Shown here: positions 35,701 to 47,700 of the stretch, piece by piece
Position numbering within the stretch: position 1 is the first letter of the stretch
How the letters are laid out: every line of letters starts with the position of its first letter
DNA from: Phoronis australis
Taxonomy: Eukaryota; Animalia; Phoronida
DNA length: 64,000 nt
NCBI GenBank assembly: GCA_002633005.1
Contig: NMRA01000551.1
Location: 13,635-77,634 of the forward strand
Reading direction: 5' to 3'
Program-made: the position numbers and the translations under genes
The notes under the pieces: model-generated
What the model was told of the DNA's origin: nothing
The model's database searches: none
What the model saw: only the letters and a program-made list of their open reading frames with translations

Positions 35701-38700
35701 CTTTATACAAGTACGTTGTGATCTATCACTTCAGCGCTCCTAGTGTACGGAACTCAAACTTACTTCATCCTGTTTATGGGGCGAAAACTGAACATCGAAT
35801 TAAGAAATTTCTCATAAAATCGTTTTTATAATATTCATTACCGTGATAGAATTCTATTTCTGTTACCAATAAGATCATCGAATCCATCAGCGACTTAAGA
35901 AAACGCTAGAGAGTGTACCGAGGTTGACCAACCCTAAAATTTGTGAATTGACTATAACATGAGTTGCTCATACGACAACAATTCAACATCAGACGCACGT
36001 GATAATGGCCTAAACCGAAAGCATTTCATTTAAGAATTAAACATTCATATTCAATGAGGCAAAATGCAGCTTTAATTTTCAGTTTTACTGCGCGCAACCT
36101 ACATTTTCCAACTGAAGTTCTTTCTAATGTAACTTAGCAACTTAACACTGCTTTAAGGAGCTTAACACCCTGGTTTGTTTTCATACTAGTTTACATACTG
36201 GCTACAATGTACAGTTTCGGTACACCATTCAACCAATTCCTTCAAGCCAATCAGGGCGCGGGAAATTGTAAGAACTACGATCGTGCTCTATTTTGTCCCA
36301 CTAATATTTAACTGTGTTGTCAACGAAAGCAGAAAGATGTTTTTTATGAGCTTGAGTCATTTACGGAGCAGACCAACAATTTAGGAGAATGGAGAAAGTG
36401 CTTACGGGTGCATCTTTCTGCTACATCTGTGGCAGATTGTCACCCACCTTTACAGTTCAACATAATATATAACTTTTGTAATTACCTATATCTGTAGTAG
36501 TTTAGTTTGTCATAATATATATGACCTTTATCTCATCTACATGTGTTGTTTCACTGTAAACTAGCTTCGGTATGTCTTCGCAGTTAGCGCATATAAAGGT
36601 ATTTGGTAAACACCAAGATCACTCGGTAATATACGTCAGAGTTCACTTTCGCAACGTTTCGTTGCTAACAATTGATGTGAATTAGCCAAACATTCATATA
36701 TGTAGAACGTGTAAGAATGGACCCCACGATTCAGAATTAAGGGTATATCTTTGTGTTAATTTCCGGCAGGGTTCTATATCAAAAAGACTTTGTAGTAGCA
36801 AAAACCCTTGCATGGGAGTTTCGGTCATATTCGTTTTGCGTTTGTGTAACAAGGAAAAGGTAACCATAGTGGGCGGGGCCTACATATACGTTTGTGGGAA
36901 CTATTCATAGAAATCTGCCCTCCACTTTGTTATTAGACTTCTCAGCTGAGCAAAAAATCGGGATACTCACCAACACACCTGATGTCTTCTCCAACCCAGT
37001 TTCCGTCACTGTGACATTCTTTGGTGGTTGCGTTATCGTTGGCTATACGAAATCCTTTTTTGCACGCATACGAGACTTGACCACCTATAGAGAAGCGCTG
37101 TTTGTTTGACTGAACTTGGGAATGAATGGGAATGGGTGGCTGGCCGCATCCATCCACTTTATATGGTATAGAATCTACAGATCATTAAGAATATAATTGT
37201 GTGAATATCGAGCTATGCGCTTCACAAACACAGACTGATTCAATGATTAACGTGCGCAAGTTTCCTGGGACGAACTGTGCTTGGTTCCACCAACACATCA
37301 TTTATCATTCTTAGTTTCAGTGTTTTACCTAAAAGATTCAAATATTCACAAATGTTATGAGTTAAGATGAACTGCTAGCAAGTGCTGAAACTAACGTAAA
37401 ACAAGTTGAAAGAAAGTCATCCTTCTTTCACTATTTAAAAACGGTGTTTGAATTCTCGATTCTGACATTATTGCTTCAGTACTATTTTGACACCTCCGTT
37501 GTTTTCCATGACGATTATGTTACGTTGTTGGAACTTTGAAACTAAACAGGCATAGTGAACACTCATTCTACTCACCTTGGCTTTATTTTTTAAGAACTGG
37601 TGTGACCGCGTGGCAAGTTTTTAGTTGTACACCATTTACCAAAAAAACGCCTGAGGTAAGCAAAATTGGTGCAGCTAATTTTCCTCAATCCACTTTCGCT
37701 GGCGCAGTGATACGATATAAAAAGCAGAATATAGGGTAATTTTGAAAGACTTTTATCAATGTCATGAGTCATGTTTTGAAGCCCTTTTTCAGTATAGATA
37801 TGGGACACAACTCCATATCTTGCTATAACCATGGACATCACTTCCTGCCAAGTATAGCTATAGCCTTAGATTTGGAAAGGAAGCTACACCCTCCTAGCCC
37901 GGCTAAAAAGGCGATTGCCCAAGGGCATCTGTTCTTGTGAAACGGGGGAGAGGGCTCGCACCGCTGGTGCGTGTAAGATTGTGGTTATAACCTATATTTT
38001 CACTCAGTGACGCCAATCAGAAGGTTATTCTACCTTTGCAAACCACGGTGTTTAAATTCTCGTTTGTTCGTGAAAATGAATGCGTTCCTGGACACTTTTT
38101 TCTTTAATGTTATGTGGGACCTTATGGACAACTCTGTGGGACCTTATGGACAACTCTGTGGGACCTTATGGACAACTCTGTGGGACCTTATGGACAACTC
38201 TGTGGGTCTTTATGGACAACTCTGTGTATTTAAACTAATATCTACTAGACTACAGACTTTCACTCTTTAAAAATATGTTTTCTAAAAGTAAAAACTTGCA
38301 GAATTTGATATATCACTTTATACCAATCTGTCGTTAAATAGATCATGTGACCAGTTTTTTTTTTGTAAAACTTAGCAAAAAAGAAAGGTTCATTCATTCA
38401 TTTCATTAAAAACCTAAACGTCCTGTTGTTGATAGATCCTCACATAAAAGTGGGACATTTTAATTAAACTACAGCGTTTTGGAGACTAATGCAAAAAGTA
38501 CATCGTTTTAAAATTCCATATCAATCCGATCATCCATTTCGGATATGTGATGTTTCAAATTTGGCTAAAATTGAACATTTTTCTATGGTCCTACATAATT
38601 TTAAGTAACAAGACGTAGATTTCAGAATGAGTCAAGCCGCAGACCAAACCATCTAAAATTAGTTGATTCAGACCACAAGTGTGGTTATCGAACCCTTACC

Positions 38701-41700
38701 CAGGCCATAGAAAGGTTGAAACGGTGCCAAAAACCACCGCTCTCCACAAAGTTCAACCTTACACAGTAAAACATTAACGATGCACAATCTTTTACCACGG
38801 AAGCTGAACTGCAACCTTACACAGATACACTTGGCCAATCACTTCCAGAAAGGTTCAAGTTCCGTGGTAAGGGCTATGGGTGCGAGGTAAACGATTTTAC
38901 GTTGCATGGTAAATGCTTTTGGAGTGTGTTATCCCTGGAGATTTTCTCCGCAAAGGATTTTGGTTCGTGTTCCGACAGCCTGTGGTAACGCTATTATAAC
39001 TTTGAAAAAATATTAGGTTCATTGACGCATAGTTGTAGCAAAGGCTCTCCATTCATGGAGTAATAAGATACCGAAGAGAACATGATTATCTTACCATATT
39101 TACAGATATAGTGTCGCTGAGTGTTACAGATGTCCAAGTGAAGTCGACGAGTCGTAGCAGAAATGTAAACACAGAACTCGCTTGTTTTGGTGGTACGATG
39201 AGCCCACAAACGATCGTCGATCAATTGACCTTGTGGACAAAAAATGTTTTTATAATTAATTTTTAACTACGTAGCGTCAGAACACCAAGCTACACAAAGG
39301 AAATTTGCACGAGAAACAGTAGAAGAAATAGCAATTTAACTGATTTCCTCTTGTTGTGTGTGCGAAAAGAGGCGCTCCGTTCTGTTGCGACATGCACGAG
39401 CATCGTAACAAAATACTTTAAAGCCAAAAACTCTCCTTCCTGGACTTTATTATTTTTAAATAATAAAGTCCAGGAAGGAGCGTTTTTGGCTTTAAAAGCA
39501 TATCTGGCAAGGGTTGAATTCTAACATGATGTCTTATTTGAAACGACATTTTAAATGGGCTTCAAACATCAAGTCTCGTTTTCTACCCCTACTGTGCTCT
39601 TCAAGTGCGACCGTGTGGCAATACTATCAAGAGCGATTCTCAAAAACTGAAACATTGACATCGGATAGCATTAGATTTATAGCACAAACCGTTATATGTA
39701 TATCATATTAATTTTTTCCTATCCCTAAGACAGTAGAAAGTTTGCTTACCCGTGCCCCATTGTCCGCGTGGGGGCGCTGTCCTGTTCCACTTAGCACCAA
39801 TCCAGTAGCTGCCAAAATATTTTCTCTCACTTTTTATTACAGCAACAATCTTGTTGTGAGTGTTTTCATCATTGATCTCTGCAAGGAACCCGTCTTGCTT
39901 TTCACACGCATCGGCACTGCTGAACCACGAATTTCCGAGCGCCGAGCAGGTCGTGATCGTGCACAATTGGTCATCATCGTGACCGTTCAGTACGTAACAG
40001 TTGTCATTGTAGAACACACACTTCTTGATATCGTTCTGGCACCTCTTTGTACAAGCCTCTGACGAGTCATTCGCTAAAACAAGAATTATACCGAAAGTGT
40101 TCTCTTCTTTGATATTTACTCCAAGCTAAGCGCAACCGTTCATCTGTCAACATTTATCTCTTTTCAAAGAGTACATAAAACTTGTTGGTGAGCATATCAA
40201 TAATAAATATAAAACCATAGTGATATTAACAACTGAATCTGGTCTGCTGGATTACTTTTTGATTTCCTAGATCTTCGGAGACCGCTGTTACGTGGTACCT
40301 CGAAACTGCCTCTGTACTCTCGCTCGATGACGAGGACAATTTGAATTTGGTGCCACCTAGCTTGTTGAGAGAATGTTGTATGGTTGTGATGTAAATAGCC
40401 TCCAGTATACCTATCTCAAAGCAGCTCTTTTTTCTGCGCAGGGTCTCGACAGGGACAACAGTATAGAGGCAGTTTCGAGATCCTCACGTGACCAAAGCTC
40501 CCGCGACTAATCACAGTCAACATCCCATCGAAGGAGTCGAGAGATCTCCCAATATCTAGGAAATCAAAAAGGTAATCCACCAGACCAGTTTTAACTGTTA
40601 ATATTATGAACATTCCTGGATGGCTCAAGGTCTACACTTTATAATAGAACCACAGTGATAATATTATGAACATTCCTGGATGGCTCAAGGTCTACACTTT
40701 ATTATGGAACCATAGTGATAATATTGTGATACTCATGGGTGAAGTCGAGTGATTGTCGTGATGTCAGCAATGAACTGGACCAAGTGAAAACACCTTTTTC
40801 ATGGTATTGTGAGGGGTGCGTGCCAATGGAAACCTACTGGGTGTAGACAAACCCTCTTCTTCGCTTGTCGTAACCACTTATATTTCGTTGGCACTAAAGG
40901 AACCGCGTATTGATATGATAAGAGTTCCCGTGCCAATTCCCTCCGTTGTTCATCAATTTAACATCCGATCGTCACCCGCTGTGGCCACCTGTTTCACCAC
41001 TTCCGCCGGTCGCCACCAGTTTCACTTGCTTGGAAGTCGTCAAGTGTATTCTCTGCAAATTGCAATTTGACTCGCAAAACAACCATTTGTTCTGCAAATC
41101 TACAATTCAGGACTGTGTTGGATTTACTTCACGAGGACCTAACGCAAGAGGGCGTCTTTCGCGTAAAATGTTAAATTGATTGATACACAACGAACAGCCA
41201 CATATCGGGTGTACCAATAGAACTTTACAATATTCAGCCGGTTGCACATTTTTACCAGTATGAGCACTGTGATTTCTATATAGTCTGTTATAATAAGAAT
41301 AACTACAACAAATTTCATAACAATAACACGAAAACATTGGCTGAAGAATAAAATAACATTAAAATACAGGCGGCTGAAGGTGAAATCATCGTTGTACCAT
41401 TCAGTATTTCAAACATTCAGATGTGTGAAATTAGGGCTTCACAAGTGCTTCAATGACATTTTAGCTTTACCACAGCAAACGTAAGATTACAACAAGCTTA
41501 ACATATTTCTCACAACCTTAACTTAAGTGACGGCTTCTGGTTACTTTTTCCACAAAACACGCCTCAATAATTGTCCTTCCCTGCTGCTCTGAAAACCATG
41601 ATTGAAGTTGCATTTCGCCCCATTTAGCTGGCTAAAGTAAAGATTGAGTTAGGTCTTTTGCTATTTCATTTACCAACAAGAATATCGAATCGATTACCAA

Positions 41701-44700
41701 CTCTCAAAAACACTTCAAGCTTTATTGGTGTTTGCCAACCCTAAAATTGCACATTCCAAAATGGCGCCTATACACATCGCCTGAAGGTGACTAGTCGTGG
41801 TAACGGAAGTGCTATCCTATCGTGGTAAGGAATATTATGAGTTTAAAATGCTTAATTGGACTTTTTAGGCAGCTTAACAAGGCGAAATGAAGGTTTAACT
41901 GAACGACAAATACTGTTGATACATTTGTATGATTATGAGGGCATATTGTATTGAATTTTTGAATGAAGTGTGTATTTTCTCTATTTGTGTGATATTTAAA
42001 GGCTACTGTTTCGCGAGTGAGGTTCTGTGCTTTGCAGCCTATCCTAGCGAAATGGCAGCCAACGAAATGATTGGTCAGCTGGGTTGAAGTGTTGAATTGT
42101 GGGATCGAATTCACTGTTTCCCTTCACTAAGTAAAGATTTCTCGCCGCTAGTGCAAGCTACATTCTTGTGGTATACGGAACACATCCCTGTTCCATGTGG
42201 GTGTACGGTATTGTGACAGCCAGGCAGACAGGCAGACAGGTGAGGGTTATTTTGATAGATAGCAGGCTTTAACTGTAGTGATTGAAACTGAAATTCGCAG
42301 CAAAATAAATTTCGGTCACTTTGTCCAACTTTATAGTTCAGTGAAGCAGATGAAAAATAAGAATGTCACAACTGGGCAGCGTTCAGTAGACACGAGAACC
42401 TCGCAAAAACGCATGATCACGCAGAACGTGGCGAGATTTCGTCATGCATTACAAGTGAAACATTTGACATAACTAGCTGTGCTCGCATCCCTGAGTTGGT
42501 ACATGTGGTGGCAACAACTTACGAAATTGACAAATGAACTTGGACAGAACTCCATGTTGTTCTCGAGTGTCTCCATGTTCATCATTCCACTTATACCCTG
42601 CGTTGCCTTTCTGTCCATACCACAACATGATGTACTCTTCCTTGGAACCAACATCGTTGGGTTCGTTTGGTGCCCAATTGAAATACGTCAACTCTTTACC
42701 TACAAGTAAAATGAAAAGAACGTAATGTAGGATTTCAAAAACGATGGTCGCATATTTATACATTATCATATATCAACGATTCAATCTGATGCCCTTAAAA
42801 GGTCACTAAATCTTGCTAATGGATCATTGATCACAGATTACATTTCATGATTCTTGGTGGGTGGCCTTTCCTCCCGGCCCAGTTGAAGTGTACTTGGGCT
42901 AAAAAGGTAGGTCACGCTTGCCCGTTTATCAGACTTTGAAAGGACTTGTCAGTTTTTACTCCAAAATTTTGAGGTTTATCTAGGGTTATAAAGCATTATT
43001 TTGCTTCAGAGAATTGGATGGAAATGTCATTTTTAATATCTGTTCATAGGCCAAAATCTGGTTTGATCATAATCCTTTTAGGCATGCGTTCGCATAACAT
43101 GCGTTCTGTACACGGAAAACTGTTGAAATTACAGCAGGTTGAGACTTGGAGTTTTTTTCCTTTTGATACACCCGGTATATCTTGGAAATAATTATATTTT
43201 AGCTTTAAGCAAGACCTTAATAGCTGATTTTCGAAATAGCCACGCCATATTGAAATTCACTCTTCCGCCAGACGGTGATCAGGACACTGAGGCGTTCAGT
43301 GCTACATACAGATCTCATGTAAAGAGGACGGGAGATTTCAACTTCTGCTATTATAATGACTGTAAATTTCCATTACTTTGTGACGGGGGAAACAACTCAC
43401 GGGAAAAGGCAAACATCTTGAAATATCCATGGATGAAGGACATCATTCATGTACTCACTGCGAAGAAGAAATCCGCAGCTGGGAAGTCAGTGGCTGCGAC
43501 TGATAAAGCTGGGGAATGTCGAGTCCAGCCGATAGATTCGTGTGTGTGTTTGGTACATTTCACTGGTGGTGCTGGTGCCACAGAACAACACCCGTGTTCA
43601 GCTTTTGTTTCAATAAAACAATTTCAAAAGGTCGTTTTCAACTCGGCTCGTCCTTTTTGTCCACCGAATCAGGATCAAGCGGAAGCATCTTTTGTGCTAC
43701 CATTTATCTCGAGAGGGCGCTAATGACTATTTTACAACACTGTTTAGGCTACCCAAACGGGTTTTTTATCTTAAATTCTTAATAGTGTTAAGAAGAGGCG
43801 CACGAAGGGATCTGAAAAGCTTAAGTCCATACTTTTTAGCGCTGGCGTGTTTGTACAGCTTTATAAAAGTTTCAATTCCAATAGTCACATAAGCGTTAGG
43901 TAAATGTGCGGCGACAAGCCTGTCCTACAGGTCTTTAACACAAGTAGATGACTGGATAATTCAAATTTGAATTTTATGTACCAACACTAAAGTTAAGAAT
44001 TTGTGTTGGCAGATAAGAGTCGACTGACAAGCAACTTCATTCATGACTGATAAGATCGTGGTTATTTCAAGAATGGGGTGTTTTTTTTTTGCATTTTTCG
44101 CATTACTTGGTATTTGATACTCAACGGCATTCTCTGTCTGAAAAACAATTAATTGATGTATTGTGAATTGCCGGCGTGTAAACCATTTTATCCATCTAAT
44201 GATTCAGAGGTGACAGGTTGTTTTTTACAACTCACACCCATACTTTTGACTTGGAATTTTGTTTTTGAAAACTAGCCAAACTTTTCACAAAGTTCAAAAA
44301 ATGATTGCCTTTTAAACAAATTTGTGGTTACCAACAAAGTAATTTATGTTGTTTTATACAAAAGTGAAGTTCTTGGATAAAATAAAAAAATCCGCGATTA
44401 ATGTTTTTTACGCAATTTAAATCAAAACCTGCCAAGAGATTTCTTACCACTCGTCCAAAACCAGCGTTTCACTGCTTTTCCGTCTACCCAGAACTCGCCT
44501 TGTGTATTATTCAAAATCTTCATCGTCAGCTGCGTTAACGTCCAGTTGCTCGAAATGGAAAGGAATTTTCCTTTTCTACCATCATTGCATGACCACTTGG
44601 CTTCCTTCCAATTTCTCATTTCTTGAACGATCTGCATACAAATTCCGTTGCTGACAAGAACACCTTCGTGTGGACACCTTGGTGATCCTACAAAAAACAT

Positions 44701-47700
44701 TGAATTCCAGTAGACGTGACGTCAGATTGCGAATATCAATGTCAACAATCATAAGTTCGAGCCTTTGCTAGTGGAGTTAAACCGCCCTTCAAAAATCCTA
44801 GCCGAAATATACGCCCAGTGGGCAGTCACCAGGTGGCGAGACCGTCTTGTCCACGAGTCGGCTGAGCGAGATGCGGGAATCGGTGACTTTTCATGGGTTC
44901 GGTCAAAATTAGCTGGACAAAGAGACAGTTTACGGAAAGCAAAATAATCGAAGCCCTTATTTTTAGTTTGAAAATACCGTATGTGGTTACATGTGGAGAT
45001 AATCTGACCACATCAAGGTAAGGTAGTGTTAGCTAATGCCCAATGTGCATAATGGTAGTGCACTGAATGTGAATGGTTCGACGCTAAACATTTACCAGTT
45101 TCCAAAGAAGTTAACAGTGTAGCGTTGTGCAGGGCCTTGTTCCAAAACTCAAAACACAATTCTTGTGTGAACAAAAAAACTTATTGGTACAATTTTATAA
45201 CGGTACTTGGCATAAGTCAAAAGAGGTTTGTTCGTGAACCATTCGGCCACAAGCCCACTGAACATAACCCCATCAATACACGGGACATACTGTTTTGGTG
45301 CCGTTTCTCGAAAACCAAAAACACATGCCGGTTTTAAAGACAAAAATGACTCTGTTTCTCCTGTCAAACATGGTTCGCAATTTCTGTATCCTCTTGCACA
45401 TCATATATTCGTTCATTTTGAGTATGGGTTTATTTCCTTAGATTCCTACAGAATAATTTTGAAATTTTTAATTTTCACAGTGTCCAGGTTACCTCAGAAA
45501 CTCAAGTTTCTCAAAGTATTTCCATAAAGCACAGGCTTACCACAAAATTTGTCAATAAATCATTCTCAGGCATACAGTTATTCTCTTTCTAACCTCGTTT
45601 AAAAGCCCATATTTTCCTCTCTGTGCTCTGGACATGTCTTGAAACCCAAATTTTTCCATAAACGTGTTTAAAACATTCTACCACATAGATTATTTTGTTA
45701 GCTCGATGTCACTGAAATATGCCTCAGTTATCAACTTCAACCACTATTGTATTGTCCCGTCTTTGAAATTTCAGTGGTTTTCAACTTATCTCAGTTGCCA
45801 CAGGTCTCCGGAGACAAATCGACAAAACGTCTTTTGTACTAAATCAATACCCCCTCGCAACATAGAACCCCTGTAATTCATTGGCATAAAATATAATTGG
45901 CAGAATCTGGGTATCTAAAATCTTGCACAATATCTGAGGCATAAGGCTCCGATATTGTACAGAGAGGATCTGATTCATTGCTTGGCCAACAACTTGTTTG
46001 TGTAACAAACCATGAGCTGCCGGAGTGAGAAGAGTCTATAGGTAATCAGACTGAGAAGCGACTTGGATTTATCTCCCTTTAAAGAACCTCTTTTCATGTT
46101 TCTCCAAAACGACACATTTCTGAAACACTATGACTTTGGTCTTATCCATTTTCATCAACACTATGAGTTTACTTGCGCCGCAGTACAATTCTTACTTAAT
46201 AATTAATCGTTGCTAACCTATCTGGGTGTCAACAAACAAAATCAAGTCAGACCTACAAATGGCAAATAAAAGCGTCTGTTGATACCAAGATTGACCCCAT
46301 CTTACAGATAGCCACGCTTCTTAGTCAAAAAGCAGTCGTATTTTCAATCAAATTTAACTTAGTCATGAAAATGAATAACAAGGCGATAGTATGTACCCGT
46401 GTCTTACACCTATGAAGTATTCTGAGCAGTCTTGTTTCATAATCACTTTTGACTTGACATTGCTATAAATACTTTTAAAATTTTTCAACATCTTAGAGCT
46501 GACGTTTTCCTTTCTCATTTTCCTACAAAATGCTTCTACAAATACAGTTGAAGCTTTTGGGGAAATCTATGTAAAGACAGCACATATTTCAACTCGGCTT
46601 AGCTAACTCTAATGTGCTTAGAGCAAAACATTGTCACGTGGAGCGGTATTCCTTCTCGTACCCAATTTGTGCTTCTGAAAGAGGTTTTTGACAGAAGACG
46701 AGTTTAGAGCATAGACAGCTAAGCATACCCAAGCACTTTGGCGTCTGATGCGACCAAACTCCATTTTGTTGGCAGGTGGTCTCGCTATGACCAGCTAGGT
46801 AGGTCCCAGGGTTGCAGAAAAACTTAACCAAGCTATTTATTGGATACGAGTCTTTCAGTGGTTCCATTCTTCCATGCAAGGGCACCGCTGTGCGCCCGCA
46901 CACTGTTTGAGCAGATACTGAAATAAAATGTAGTTTCATGAAATTCAAACGGGAATGATTTGAATTTTCTGGTCACAATAAAAGTGAAGATGACATGATT
47001 ATGTTGTCACGTTATCAATCATGAATTTTTTAGATCCTTTCAATCTGGGATAGATCGTTTTCAAACACGGATGGCCACTAAAGAAAAACACATTCACGTA
47101 GAAAGGTCGAAGTAATTTTTATGAAAAACTCCGAACAACTGTTGAACAAGTTGAGATAAAATTCTATTTGACTAGCGGATTTTATTCATGTTTCATTGCC
47201 ACCAAGTGTACGACAATGACCCTCACAGGTATTTGCTGCAATAAGTCAAAATGATTTTCAAAGATTGTGATACTGTAGTAAGATATGGAACAGTTACGAG
47301 TTTTACCCAGAACCGGAGAACATTGAAGGTCCCGACACATGCAGCAATGGAAGGGAGTATCTATATGGCTGAAATACGTATCAATTTGATAGACATTCTA
47401 AAATGTTAAAAGTGAATTGTGAAAGGCGATAGTAGCAAGGATATATAGGAGCGCGCCCCGCTTCATTGGTGCAAATATAGTTTCATTGACGCAGTGTGAT
47501 TGCTTAGCTCCGGCCAACGGACGCATTAAAATTGGAAGTAAAAAGGGACAAACAACCAACATGGCCACAGGTTCTCCAAGTTGCCCCATAAAGCTGAAGC
47601 AGCTCGGGCCAGTTCATTCATATCCAAGTTTTTTTTTTCTAAAATGATCCCTGCAGTATCATATTTGAATCCATCACTTCGGTGAAGAAACGTTTACCAG

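Noticed and set aside
38113-38226. Regular short repeats as a possible CRISPR array (also 55407-55524 and 55644-55834)
   Set aside because: Head-to-tail units with no unique spacers, no cas genes, and a eukaryotic intron context.
40816-41070. GC-richer patch after a minus-strand acceptor-like ttgcag in gene B intron 4
   Set aside because: Stops in all three frames and no domain motif.
43139-43723. 194-aa + strand ORF as a real gene
   Set aside because: TTG start, and the THAP motifs are split across frames; better explained as a decayed transposon fragment.
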